A stretch of DNA of 64,000 bases, taken from an uncultured Rickettsiales bacterium (GTDB taxonomy: Bacteria > Pseudomonadota > Alphaproteobacteria > Rs-D84). The stretch covers positions 9,056 through 73,055 of the forward strand of contig URSJ01000005.1 of assembly GCA_900550495.1 (NCBI GenBank), written 5' to 3'. Positions 20,314 to 31,280 of the stretch are shown here, one piece after another. Below the pieces are notes generated by a model. That model was not told the DNA's origin and did no database searches. It saw nothing but the letters and a program-made list of their open reading frames with translations. The position numbers and the translations under genes are program-made. Each line of letters begins with the position of its first letter. Position 1 is the stretch's first letter.

Positions 20314-22713
20314 TTATTTAATTACGCTGAATTCTGTGCGTCCGGCGTTGCCCAGTGCATCAGATGTTCGGACGGTGTGCGTCCCCATTTTTATTGGGCG
20401 CGAAATAATTTCGCCCGACCGGGTTTTGCCGATAAAGTCATCATCAACAAACCAAAATATTGTTGCGTCGTTGCGTGTGGAAATTGCCTGGAACGATACG
20501 TCGGCAATGTCGCGATTATCGGTGATTACGATTCGGGTGTCAGCGATTGGGGATATAATTACGTTTGTTGGATTGGCGTCAACAATTTCGTCCAGATTGC
20601 ACCCGGGCATAAATGGGGGTGGGGTGTTGCGCGTGACGCCGGCGCGTCGGAACATATCCAGGTATTCTGCGTCCCAAAATTCATAGACCGCTGTATGCGT
20701 CGTGTCTGGCGATGCGTCGCACGCGCGTAATCCGGTCGCGTTATCAATCGCAACCGCACGATAAATTGGCGATGTGTCAATGGGCGATACGCCCGGGATA
20801 AAATATGAATAAACAGTTTTCGGACAATGTTGCCCGGCCAAACCGCCAACGCCGTCGCACATAGGCACCAATGCGACGTTCATATCATCGCGCAGAAAAT
20901 TATTGTTCTGTATCGGGTGGCCACGTGCGGCGTCGTATGACGCGACGGTATCGGCCAACGCGAAATAAATCGGTGCGGCCGTGCGCGCCCCTGAAAACGC
21001 GTTGTTTGGTGTGCCGTCAAAATTTCCAACCCAGACGATTAAAACATAGTCGCCAAATATACCGGCCGTCCAGGCGTCGCGATATGATGATGATGTGCCT
21101 GTTTTCCAATAGTGGCGGATTTGTGATGTTTTGCGACGTTCAAATGGTAATGCGGCACTGGGCGCAGATTGACGTGCCAACATATCCAGCGTCAGAAAGT
21201 TTGCCTCGGGCGACAGGATTTGCACCCCACGCGACAGTGGTGTGTCCAGGTTTGTGCGAATTGCATAATGCCGGCCCAGGTTCGCAATGCCTGTGTATAT
21301 TCCGGCCAGTTCGGACATTGAAACCTCGGCCCCGCCCAGGGCGATTGATATGCCATAATGATCGGGCGATTTCAGATTTTCAACCCCGTAATCAGACAAC
21401 ATTTGATAGAAATTTTGCACGCCTATTTTGCGCAGTAAATCAATCGCCGGGATATTTCGCGAATGTGTCAATGCAGTATGCGCCAGCACCGGGCCGTAAA
21501 ATTCACTGTCTGAATTTTCGGGGGCATATACCCCAAAACTGATTTTCGCATCGCGCAATAATGTCATACCGTGAATCAGACCGCGGTCGGTGGCGGCGGC
21601 GTATATCAATGGTTTCAGGGTTGAACCCGGACTGCGTCGTGCGGTGACGCCGTCGTTTTCGCCAAAAATAGATTTATCAAAATAATCAACCGAACCGATG
21701 TGCGCTAAAACCTGCATAGTTTTATAGTTGACCAAAATCGCCGCCGCATTATTGACGCCGTGGGATTTTCGTCGCGCAATTTGCTGGCGCAGTGTCTGGG
21801 TCAATCGTTTTTGCAGATTTATGTCCAGCGTCGTTCTGATTTCTGAATTTTGCGCGCCAATGTCAGCCCAATAATTTTGTCGTGTGGCAATTTGGCGATC
21901 TGTGAAATGTGGGGCGTCAAACGGTAAATCGCGCACGTTATATGTGTTCAATGGCATTTCGGCCAATGTCACCAGGTGGGCGTCATCTGGGTTTGCGGCA
22001 ACCCAACGTCGCACTAAATCGCCACGCATATTCATAATGTTGTTCAGGCCTGTATTCGTGTTCAGACCACGACGCGTCGGATTTTGCGGAATCGTCGCCA
22101 GGGTAATTGATTCTATGGTTGGCATATCTTGGGCGCGATGATGAAAATACACCAGTGCCGCCGCGCCAACGCCTTCTATGTTGCCACCATACGGCGCCAG
22201 GTTTAAATATGTTTCCAGAATTTCGCGCTTGGAATAAAATGCGTCAATATAAATCGCGGTGGCAATTTGTTCCAGTTTTCCAACAGGGCGACGCGTGTCC
22301 AGGTTATATAATATTCGTGCAACCTGCATTGTGATTGTTGATGCGCCGGCCGGGTGGGGCGTGCCACGAAACCAATTCACCGTGGCCTTGGCCAGGGATA
22401 CTGGGTTTATGCCCGGGTGATACCAGAAATATTTATCTTCGTATAAAATGGTGGCGCGGGCGATGTCAGGACTGATTTTATTCAATGGGGTGAATAATCT
22501 GTATTTGTCATCGGCCGACAATGTCAGACGCATTAAATTACCATTTCGGTCGTAATATGCGGTTGAAAAATGTGTGTGCGCCAACAGTGGTGGTGTAAAA
22601 AACAATTGCACCGTCCAATACCCAACCAGCACGCCGGCAACACAGGCATACGCCACGCGATGACGACGTATATGTTGCCAAATGCGATGAATAATCAAAC
22701 TAGTGCGTTTCAT
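20314..22713 (-). CDS. pbpC: Penicillin-binding protein 1C (bifunctional transglycosylase/transpeptidase)
   Basis: GT51 motif EDKYFWYHPG. Transpeptidase motifs STLKP, SRN and KTGT. C-terminal PBP1C-type domain. Its start overlaps the alpha-2-macroglobulin stop by 14 nt. Confidence 0.9.
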   Translation of the reverse strand: MKRTSLIIHRIWQHIRRHRVAYACVAGVLVGYWTVQLFFTPPLLAHTHFSTAYYDRNGNLMRLTLSADDKYRLFTPLNKISPDIARATILYEDKYFWYHPGINPVSLAKATVNWFRGTPHPAGASTITMQVARILYNLDTRRPVGKLEQIATAIYIDAFYSKREILETYLNLAPYGGNIEGVGAAALVYFHHRAQDMPTIESITLATIPQNPTRRGLNTNTGLNNIMNMRGDLVRRWVAANPDDAHLVTLAEMPLNTYNVRDLPFDAPHFTDRQIATRQNYWADIGAQNSEIRTTLDINLQKRLTQTLRQQIARRKSHGVNNAAAILVNYKTMQVLAHIGSVDYFDKSIFGENDGVTARRSPGSTLKPLIYAAATDRGLIHGMTLLRDAKISFGVYAPENSDSEFYGPVLAHTALTHSRNIPAIDLLRKIGVQNFYQMLSDYGVENLKSPDHYGISIALGGAEVSMSELAGIYTGIANLGRHYAIRTNLDTPLSRGVQILSPEANFLTLDMLARQSAPSAALPFERRKTSQIRHYWKTGTSSSYRDAWTAGIFGDYVLIVWVGNFDGTPNNAFSGARTAAPIYFALADTVASYDAARGHPIQNNNFLRDDMNVALVPMCDGVGGLAGQHCPKTVYSYFIPGVSPIDTSPIYRAVAIDNATGLRACDASPDTTHTAVYEFWDAEYLDMFRRAGVTRNTPPPFMPGCNLDEIVDANPTNVIISPIADTRIVITDNRDIADVSFQAISTRNDATIFWFVDDDFIGKTRSGEIISRPIKMGTHTVRTSDALGNAGRTEFSVIK

Positions 22714-25700
22714 TTGTCACGGTGAATTTTGACATATCCCCGGTCGCGTTAATGCCAGGATTATACATAGATTCTGCATGAATTGGCGGAACACTGAATT
22801 CGCCCGACGTGGTCAGTTGGGCTGTGTATTCAAATAATTCGCCACTGCGTGATACGTCGGCAAAGACAACAACGCGGTCGTCACGAACCTGGGTAAATGT
22901 GGCATTTCCGGTGACATCGCCGTCGACGACAAATCCGCCCGGTAACAAATCAGTAATTGCGACATTTGGCACAAAATCTGCGCCGCGTGCACGCGCAAAA
23001 ATTCGAACGGTCACAATGTCGCCAATTTTTGCCGATGTAATGCGATTGCCCGCACTGTCCAGATATTCGCGCGAAACCGTCATGCCGTTGGACGCGTCAA
23101 CATCTGTTATTGGGTATCCACGCGTAATCAGCGAATAATATGGTGCGGCGGCGGTGCAATCTGGGCATTTTATTTCAACACGTGCCGCATTTTGCGGAAT
23201 TGTTATGTGCAGTGCGGAATCTGCAATGGTGCCAGATAATTTTTCGCCATCGGCACTGACTGTTATATTAGCGATTGTGCCATCAGACGTTGTCCCGTGC
23301 AGGCCCATCACCATTGTGGCTGCTGTAAATGAATCGTAATTGCCACCGTCCAGATACTTTTGCATGGATTTTGTTATATCTGGTGTGGTTGCAAAATAGT
23401 TGCGCACGATATAATTATACATTGCATCATTTGCAACATTGTTGGTAAACATATCAGCATATTCAAAACTATTGTCAGATGTGCGATATTTTGCAATCAG
23501 CGCATCGGCCTGGGCGTCTTGGTGCATGATTTTATATGCCGCGGCGATATATGTTCCCATCAGGTCGCGCTGCCAATTCTTGATATTTTTGTCGGCGTAT
23601 TCCTGGAACAGATTTATGTAATTAGTTGTGACAAAATTGTTCTGGGTTATGACAAAGATTGCGTGTGCAACCGCACGGGCGGACGCCGTGTCTGTGATGG
23701 TGCCACCAGCGTAATCGCGCAAGAAATCAATCGCGCGGTCGTGCATGTCGCGCGGGACGGTAAATCCTGCGGCACGTGCCATGGTCAAGAATTGTGCAAC
23801 GTATGCGGTTGTTTCGGCGGTAGTCGCATCGGTGGCGGCATTGCGTGCGACTGCAACGTCAACCGACGCGGTGCTGGGCCACAATTCAAATGAACCGTCG
23901 GATGCCTGGCGCGATTGCAGGGCACGTATAGTGTCATCAATATGTGTGCGGGAATTTGAATAACGCGTGCCAAGAATAGCATCATTTGGCGCAATAACAT
24001 ATGGAATTGCCGCAGACACAATCTGTTCAGTGCACGGAAAATCGTAATTTTCCAAATACAAAACCAGTGGTCGCATCAGCACCGAGGCGTTGCCCGAAAT
24101 CACCAGTTCGCGTGATGCGTTGTCTGGATACATTGGGGTTGGTTTTGTGCGAATTCTGGTCGTAGTGTCGCCAATAATTCCAGTGCGTGCCGTGGTTCGG
24201 AACGCGGTTGTCGGGCGAACGGATATATCAGACGTTGCTGACGCGCGTGATTTAAATGCGCCGTCTGCCATGATTTCAGCATTTAATGTGATTTGCGCAT
24301 TGCCCAGTTTGTCGCCCGCCAAGACATTTGTTACGAACAGGCGTTCGGTGTTTTCTGGGATTGCGATTTTGTCGGTCGCAGTGGCCAGTTTCAAATTATC
24401 CGACGCGCGTGCGGAAATGTGCGCAATCGCGTCAGCACCCGTTCCATCGGTCAGGTTTGAAATCACACCACTGATATCAAATTTATCGCCTGGTGCGACA
24501 ACTGTTGGTGTGGACATTGATATAACAACCGGTGATTGGACAGTGACGGTGGTATCCGCACTGCCCATTGCTGTTGTGTTTGTGGCGACGGCAAATACGC
24601 GGACCGCGCCGTTAAAATATTCTGGTAAATTAAATTTTATTTCACCCGGGGTATTTGCAGTCACGTCAATTATGCCGGAATAGAATGCCACTGGGGGCAG
24701 GGTGCGCTGCGCAAACGGGTTGGTCAATATTTGTTCCATTGCACCTGGGGTTACGTCACCACCACCAGTCTTTGCAAATTCGCGCAGGATTTTATATTCT
24801 GGTAATAACAGTGACAGCGTTTGATATGTCGTTACCTGTAACGCGGATTTTTGAAAGAAATATTTTAGTGGCTGGGGGACGGTGTATTTTGCAACCTGTA
24901 ATATCCCTGCGTTGACCGCAAATATCATCATACGCGCATCACGGTCGGCGGTATATTTTATATCCAGTGTATGATTGCGAACAACATCAGGTGTAGCCAG
25001 TTTGATATTTATTTTGTGTTCGTCCAGATTGACAGAAAATGGCGCAACAGCGTATGCATATGGGTTGGTGAAAATGTCGTGACTGGCAATATTGCGCACA
25101 AATGAAACGTTGACGTATCCTGTTCCGGAAAAATCATCAGGCACTGTTATGTGCTGCACTGATGTGGTGGTGTCGGCGTGGAACCATTTGTATGCATAGA
25201 CGCGGTCGCGTTCAATTGTGACCAGGCCCGTGCCGGCATATGGGGCGGTAATGCTGACCGCGATTTTTTCGCCAGGTTTGTATTCGGTTGCAGACAATTT
25301 GACCTTTAATTCTGCATTTGTGTCGGATTTCATTTCAGCATTTTTATTTCCCGCAACAAAATATTCTATATTAGCCAAGGTTTTATCGGCGGCATCAAGA
25401 ATCTGAATAAAATATGTCCCAGGTGCGTCGGTATCCAGGCGCAGTGTGCGACCGGTTACAGGAATATCAATCGGGGTTTGATTTATGACCTTGTCCTGGG
25501 TGACTGTTTGATATTTATAATAACCACTGTAATCTTTGACCAGACTGGTTAAATTTTCACGACGAACCAAACGCATACGTAATCCCGTTGCGGTGGCCGA
25601 AGCACCCGTGTGGTCCAGCGCAACCAGATGAACACTGCGTGCTGCGCCACGCGAAATATACGCCAAATCGCCTGTCGCGCGATAGCCTACCAAGTATTTT

Positions 25701-28447
25701 GCCCCAGACACGCGCGATGTCGCAACTGCACGAACACTGCGACCAGAATCGCCTTCGAAGCCACGAGTGGTAACGGCCAACGTGTATGTCCCCATTGGGA
25801 TACTGTCATTAAAGGTAATGTCAAAACTGGCTGCGCCGTTGTCGTCTGTGCGAACATCTGGCAAATCAATCGTAAATGTTTGCGCGTTGCGAGCTGTGCT
25901 GTCGCTGAGGCCGGTTCCAGAAACAAAATTCGTTGTGAATTTGTAATCGGTGTATCCTGGAAAAGAAAAATTCGTCGGGCGCAAAGATGCTTGAACAGAT
26001 ATGCGTTTATCTGTTGCAGCCGTTCCAAACAGATTGCGTAATGAAACGTTTGCGCGCATGTTGTCTGGTGAAATCCAGCCGTTATCTGATGCATCAACAA
26101 TTGTTGCCGTTATTTTCAGATTGTCTGGGACAAAATCGGCAACGCGAAATGTTGTTCCCCCCAGCGTGCTGTCAATGTTATTGCGTGCATCCAAAGAATA
26201 TAGATGAACCTGGTATTCGCCAGTTGATGCCGTTGCCGGAATATCATATTTTACGTCGAACATACCGTCGTTCGTCGCAGAAAATGTTTTGATATATGCG
26301 TCGCGGCCACGCGGGTCGCGAATTTCCAACCGCACCGGCATTCCTGCCAATGATTTAAATGATTTGTTTTTGACAATGCCGCCAATAATCATATTTTCGC
26401 CAGTACGATAAATTCCGCGATCGGTGAATATAAATGCGTTCAGTGGCGCGTTGCCATATGAATACACGCCATCAACATCGAACTTGGAGTAATCGACCGT
26501 CGGCGCGGTTGCATTGTATGGGATAAATGACACGTCGGTCCCGCGGCGTGCGACGATTGCAACCGGTTCGCGTGCGCCACGATATTCGTCCCACGACAGC
26601 ACCGGCAAATCTGCGCGGCCGTTTTCATCGGTGCGACCCGCCCATACGGCGTTGCCATTGCGGCCAAGAATTGATATTTCAACATCGGCGGCAGGCGTGC
26701 CATCAGACAATTGCACGACAAACAATGCAGATGCGTCGGTGGTTGATAATTTGCGTATAATTCCCAAATCGGTCAGCAAAATCAGACGACGATCACTGAC
26801 GTCGGCGGCATTTTCATCGGCACCTGTTTGTATGACAAAGATACCTGTTTTATCTTGGGTCCGGTTCAGATAGTCGCCCAGGTTTACCGACGCGTAATTT
26901 GTGCGTGTCATTGATGCGTCTGCAAATGGGATTTTTTTGTTAAATACAATTGACATATCATCGGTGCCAAATGACCACGATTTGAATTCTATGTTTTCAG
27001 AAAAGATATTATACGTCTGGGAAATCAGGTGATTTATTTCGGATGATTTTATTTTATACAGATTTACATACGCCACCGTGACGCCGCCACGTGCCATGAT
27101 GGCCAGTTTTTTATCACCACCCAGGGACAGTAATGCACCGCTGCCGGCGATTTGGACCGTGCGTGGTGGATATGGCACCGCCATAACGCGTGACGCGGCG
27201 TTTTTGACCGTAAAACCTGATTCTGATTTCAGGCCCGCCAAAACACGGACGTATATAAAGCGGTCACGTGTGTCTGATACTGAATATGGAAACGCATATT
27301 GATAAACGCCTGCGGGTGTAACGAAATCGGCGCGCGTGGTGGTCATTTTTTCGGCCCCGCGTAATACGTCGTCGGTGATTTCGTCTGCCGCCCAGTGGTG
27401 CGTGCGATTGTCTGATTTTTCATCATTATCCTTGAATTCCGGTAACAGATATATTTCAACATACTGGGCCCAATTTGTTTTATTCTGGGCCGTGGCGGTC
27501 ATGTCAATCAAAACCAATTGACGTGCGTTCCCGTTAGTGTCATCTGCTGCCGTTGTTGCGATGGACGCGACCTTGAATATATTATCCGCAGATTCAATGG
27601 TTGTGTGCGCGGTCAGTTTCTTGGTCGCACCATTGCCCGCCGCCGGCGATACGCGATTTAATTTCAGGCGCATTGTTTGCGCTGTATTTGTGATTCTTAC
27701 TGGTGCGGTTGTTATGACGGCTGTGCGGTGGAATTTGTCCAGTTTTATGTCAAAATCCAATTTCTTGTCATCCAGTTTAACCAGAACCTTGTCCGCAAAG
27801 TTTTTTGTGTCAATTGGATAGTTAAACGATACAACCGCAACACCAATCACAGATTTATCGGCGTTGGGTGCCGGATACAGATTGAAACTGGACACCGTTG
27901 CGGTGATTTTGGGCGTTGTGAACGATATTGTCTTTTTATCCACAGACACATCGTCGTTAAATAATTTTTTATCAATGCGGACCGTGAAATCTGTATCGGC
28001 GGGCCAATCAATCGCTGGCGTGAATACGATTTCATCACCGCCCCCCTGGGTGCGAAATGCGCCGCGCACAGTTGGCGTGATTTTTATGCCATTCGTAATA
28101 TCAGACTGGGTCAGGGTGGGTTTTAATACCTGTTGATATGGGCCAGAATACCAATTATAAGAAATGATCAGTGGCACAATGCTAGACACTGCACGATTAT
28201 TGTTGACGGTTGGAACATTATTTGCGCCGAACAAAACCGTGTTGTCATCAGTGAATGTTGCCGCCGTCACATCAGAAACAGAAACACGCATAACGGTTAT
28301 ATTTTCAGACCCGTGTGCGATAACGCGCCAAAACATAATCCCGCCAATTGTCGCGACAATGGCAACCATTGCAGCAATAACAATACGATGCCATTTGTGT
28401 AAGCGGATGTTGTTATTCGGTTTGCGTATGCGTTGATTCTTTTTCAT
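22700..28447 (-). CDS. Bacterial alpha-2-macroglobulin family protein (YfhM-like), thioester type
   Basis: 1915 aa. N-terminal TM anchor. CTEQ thioester motif in YDFPCTEQIVSAA. Operon partner of pbpC, as in E. coli. Confidence 0.92.
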   Translation of the reverse strand: MKKNQRIRKPNNNIRLHKWHRIVIAAMVAIVATIGGIMFWRVIAHGSENITVMRVSVSDVTAATFTDDNTVLFGANNVPTVNNNRAVSSIVPLIISYNWYSGPYQQVLKPTLTQSDITNGIKITPTVRGAFRTQGGGDEIVFTPAIDWPADTDFTVRIDKKLFNDDVSVDKKTISFTTPKITATVSSFNLYPAPNADKSVIGVAVVSFNYPIDTKNFADKVLVKLDDKKLDFDIKLDKFHRTAVITTAPVRITNTAQTMRLKLNRVSPAAGNGATKKLTAHTTIESADNIFKVASIATTAADDTNGNARQLVLIDMTATAQNKTNWAQYVEIYLLPEFKDNDEKSDNRTHHWAADEITDDVLRGAEKMTTTRADFVTPAGVYQYAFPYSVSDTRDRFIYVRVLAGLKSESGFTVKNAASRVMAVPYPPRTVQIAGSGALLSLGGDKKLAIMARGGVTVAYVNLYKIKSSEINHLISQTYNIFSENIEFKSWSFGTDDMSIVFNKKIPFADASMTRTNYASVNLGDYLNRTQDKTGIFVIQTGADENAADVSDRRLILLTDLGIIRKLSTTDASALFVVQLSDGTPAADVEISILGRNGNAVWAGRTDENGRADLPVLSWDEYRGAREPVAIVARRGTDVSFIPYNATAPTVDYSKFDVDGVYSYGNAPLNAFIFTDRGIYRTGENMIIGGIVKNKSFKSLAGMPVRLEIRDPRGRDAYIKTFSATNDGMFDVKYDIPATASTGEYQVHLYSLDARNNIDSTLGGTTFRVADFVPDNLKITATIVDASDNGWISPDNMRANVSLRNLFGTAATDKRISVQASLRPTNFSFPGYTDYKFTTNFVSGTGLSDSTARNAQTFTIDLPDVRTDDNGAASFDITFNDSIPMGTYTLAVTTRGFEGDSGRSVRAVATSRVSGAKYLVGYRATGDLAYISRGAARSVHLVALDHTGASATATGLRMRLVRRENLTSLVKDYSGYYKYQTVTQDKVINQTPIDIPVTGRTLRLDTDAPGTYFIQILDAADKTLANIEYFVAGNKNAEMKSDTNAELKVKLSATEYKPGEKIAVSITAPYAGTGLVTIERDRVYAYKWFHADTTTSVQHITVPDDFSGTGYVNVSFVRNIASHDIFTNPYAYAVAPFSVNLDEHKINIKLATPDVVRNHTLDIKYTADRDARMMIFAVNAGILQVAKYTVPQPLKYFFQKSALQVTTYQTLSLLLPEYKILREFAKTGGGDVTPGAMEQILTNPFAQRTLPPVAFYSGIIDVTANTPGEIKFNLPEYFNGAVRVFAVATNTTAMGSADTTVTVQSPVVISMSTPTVVAPGDKFDISGVISNLTDGTGADAIAHISARASDNLKLATATDKIAIPENTERLFVTNVLAGDKLGNAQITLNAEIMADGAFKSRASATSDISVRPTTAFRTTARTGIIGDTTTRIRTKPTPMYPDNASRELVISGNASVLMRPLVLYLENYDFPCTEQIVSAAIPYVIAPNDAILGTRYSNSRTHIDDTIRALQSRQASDGSFELWPSTASVDVAVARNAATDATTAETTAYVAQFLTMARAAGFTVPRDMHDRAIDFLRDYAGGTITDTASARAVAHAIFVITQNNFVTTNYINLFQEYADKNIKNWQRDLMGTYIAAAYKIMHQDAQADALIAKYRTSDNSFEYADMFTNNVANDAMYNYIVRNYFATTPDITKSMQKYLDGGNYDSFTAATMVMGLHGTTSDGTIANITVSADGEKLSGTIADSALHITIPQNAARVEIKCPDCTAAAPYYSLITRGYPITDVDASNGMTVSREYLDSAGNRITSAKIGDIVTVRIFARARGADFVPNVAITDLLPGGFVVDGDVTGNATFTQVRDDRVVVFADVSRSGELFEYTAQLTTSGEFSVPPIHAESMYNPGINATGDMSKFTVTNETH

Positions 28448-28624
28448 GATGTTTCAGACCCCTTGTCCCGAGAATACGTGTTTATTCTAAAAGGTGAAAC
28501 ATAAAAAGACAAGTCTAAATATGTTTTTTTGTGTTATAAAAATCCTAAATTTTGGTATTTTTTATCACTGGGGGATAGATTAAGAAAGGAGGCAATAATA
28601 ATGTAACCACCACAGGAGTGCAAA

Positions 28625-29275
28625 TTGATATACGGATATATACGTGTGTCGACAGACCACCAAACAACAGAAAACCAACGGTTTGAAATACAACGCTTTT
28701 GCGAAAACCAAAATATATCTATTGATTGTTGGATAGAAGAAACAATTTCGTCAACCAAGGATTTGTCAAAACGCAAATTGGGGCGATTGATAAAACGATT
28801 ACAGAAAGATGATTTATTGATTGCGTCAGAATTGTCACGTTTGGGGCGTAATTTGTTACAGGTTATGAGTATTTTGCATCACTGTATGGACGTTGGGGCA
28901 AAAATATGGACGATAAAGGATAATTATCGTTTGGGGTCTGATATTACCAGCAAGGTGCTGGCATTTGCATTTGGCTTGTCGGCGGAAATTGAACGCAATT
29001 TGATATCCCAGCGCACTAAAGAGGCACTGGCCCGTGTCAAAGCCCAGGGGGGCCATATTGGTCGCCCATCGGGCAGTCGTAATGCGTCTAAATTGGCGGG
29101 ACGTGAACGATATATTCACCAGAAATTAAATGATGGTCGTTATCGATATGAAATCGCGCGGCGATTGCGTGTTCATCGCGATACGCTGAACAAATTCATC
29201 AGCGAGCATGGTATTGCAACCGCTGAGCCATCAAGAGATTTAGAACTGCAAACGCCATGTTCCCAACATGTATAA
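28625..29275 (+). CDS. Small serine recombinase (resolvase/invertase family)
   Basis: TTG start 7 nt after AGGAG. IYGYIRVSTDHQ catalytic-Ser motif. C-terminal HTH region. Confidence 0.85.
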   Translation: MIYGYIRVSTDHQTTENQRFEIQRFCENQNISIDCWIEETISSTKDLSKRKLGRLIKRLQKDDLLIASELSRLGRNLLQVMSILHHCMDVGAKIWTIKDNYRLGSDITSKVLAFAFGLSAEIERNLISQRTKEALARVKAQGGHIGRPSGSRNASKLAGRERYIHQKLNDGRYRYEIARRLRVHRDTLNKFISEHGIATAEPSRDLELQTPCSQHV

Positions 29276-31057
29276 TTCATCGGTGCCGTATGGATTGTCA
29301 ACAAATCCGACGGTTATGAATTTATATTTTGCTGAAATATCAATCGATGGGCGCGTAACCAAATCGGCGATATAATCGTCGTATATTATCGTGCCATCTG
29401 GTGCGCGTCCCGTGGGCAAGCGCATTGTCATATTGCCTGAAATCACGGTGTCTGGAATGGCGATACTAAACGTCCAATCGTGAACGCGAGTGGCGATGGA
29501 AAATGATGCGGTCGTTATGTCCGAAAATCCAGTAACAAATGAATTGGTCGTTGTGTGCGGTCGTGCAAATCCAATTGTTGCGTTTTGTGATATTTCGGCG
29601 TCCATAAATTCCCACGTGTTGGTTGCGCCAATAAAACTGATGAAGTTTTGATGGTCTGTATCCAGAAATCCACTGGTGGGCAAGAAATCCGCGCTGCGCA
29701 TTCCTATTTGGATGCTGCCGGCGGTGATGGTGGTGTTGCGTCCATCGCGCAGGTGTCGCCACCCCATTGATGGGTTTTGAATTGAAATATTGTCGCCCAG
29801 GTCGCCCGCAAACGCGCGTCCGTATTTATCAAAATATGCAAATCTGGGGTTGGTGGATTTTATACTGTGGGCAATCTGACCCGATACGCGCGCGGTGCGC
29901 AGTGGTTGCATCACACCGTCGTCCATTGGAACCAGTGCCGCACCCACGGGTCGCGTTGCGCGTTCTAAATCCAGCATTCCGTGACCGTATACCGCGTCAA
30001 CACCGGGCGCACCCAAATCACGCGCGGTTTCAAATAATAATGATGTTATCTGGGCGGCGGTCATATATGGAAACGCTTGGCGCACGGTGGCGATTGCTGC
30101 CGATACGATCGGGGCGGCAAAACTGGTGCCATCGGCGTGCATGCCGTCATCTGTAATCAGACTGCCTGGGGCGGTTATGCACCAGTCGCGTGTGATGCCA
30201 CATGCGTTGCTGTAATCGGCCAGTTGCCCTGTGGCATTATCAAATGCAACGACATTTATGAAATGACCGTGCAGTTCGGGCAGAACGCGCGGCATCGCAG
30301 ACAACATGCTGGATTGGTTCGCGCCATCGTTCCCGGCGGCCCAGACGAAAATTGCGTCACGTACGTTTGCTGCATCAGAAATTTCGGTGACAAACCTAGC
30401 GTTGGTCAGTCGTTCCAGTTGTGCGCGTGATTTTAATTCTGTTGCACGCATACCGACGGACCAACTGGCGTTATATACGTGCGCGTCGTGTGCGCTGGCG
30501 ATAACGGTCGCGATTTCTGCGTATGACAGAAAGTCCATATATTCGTTGGTAATTTTGTATTCTGTGACGTTGGCGTCTGGGGCAACTGCGCCCGATGCAA
30601 ATGATGCAACCGTGCGACCGTGCCATGTGTCCAAACCTGCATCCAGCACGGCAATATTTGTGCCGGCCCCGCGCCATCCGCGTCCCAATGACCAGGCCAG
30701 GCGGATGCTGGTATATTGGTCAAAATTGCGTGAAAACGCGTCTGTGCCCATTATCCCGGCCAGATGCGCCGAATCCACGTCGTTGCCGACATAAAATATA
30801 TTGGTGGTCAACGTGGGTATTGTTGCACCGCCACCCCCACCACCGGTGCCGCCGGCCGCCAAACCAACCAGTGCCAATGCGCTGGCCGCGATGGTTGTGC
30901 CGCCAATCAGTGTTGTTGCGCCGCCGAAAAACATATTACATTCGTCGGAATTGTTTTTGCGATATGTTGGATTTGTGCAATTATTGACCGCCAGCGCATC
31001 CATACACACAGTGGACATAAATATGGTTGCGGTAATAATGCCTGGCAATGATTTCAT
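29240..31057 (-). CDS. Subtilisin-like (S8) serine protease autotransporter
   Basis: Signal peptide. Triad contexts IAVLDAGLD, WHGRTVAS and GTSFAAP. C-terminal beta-domain ending ...LGTWRLQF. Confidence 0.85.
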   Translation of the reverse strand: MKSLPGIITATIFMSTVCMDALAVNNCTNPTYRKNNSDECNMFFGGATTLIGGTTIAASALALVGLAAGGTGGGGGGATIPTLTTNIFYVGNDVDSAHLAGIMGTDAFSRNFDQYTSIRLAWSLGRGWRGAGTNIAVLDAGLDTWHGRTVASFASGAVAPDANVTEYKITNEYMDFLSYAEIATVIASAHDAHVYNASWSVGMRATELKSRAQLERLTNARFVTEISDAANVRDAIFVWAAGNDGANQSSMLSAMPRVLPELHGHFINVVAFDNATGQLADYSNACGITRDWCITAPGSLITDDGMHADGTSFAAPIVSAAIATVRQAFPYMTAAQITSLLFETARDLGAPGVDAVYGHGMLDLERATRPVGAALVPMDDGVMQPLRTARVSGQIAHSIKSTNPRFAYFDKYGRAFAGDLGDNISIQNPSMGWRHLRDGRNTTITAGSIQIGMRSADFLPTSGFLDTDHQNFISFIGATNTWEFMDAEISQNATIGFARPHTTTNSFVTGFSDITTASFSIATRVHDWTFSIAIPDTVISGNMTMRLPTGRAPDGTIIYDDYIADLVTRPSIDISAKYKFITVGFVDNPYGTDELYMLGTWRLQF

Positions 31058-31280
31058 ACTGAAAGATTAGCACGCAAAAATATTTTGTCAATCTAAAACC
31101 CAGGAATATAAATATGGACAAAATTTCAATTTCTGCTTGATTTTATTGGGCAATTGTTCTATCATCGGGCTACACGCTGGTGCGTGAATAACACAACCGT
31201 TGGACAAGATTTCTGTCCGGATTTGAAAAATCTGGTCTGGGGTCCACGGCGAGGATAACAACAGAAAAAAGGATAAAATC

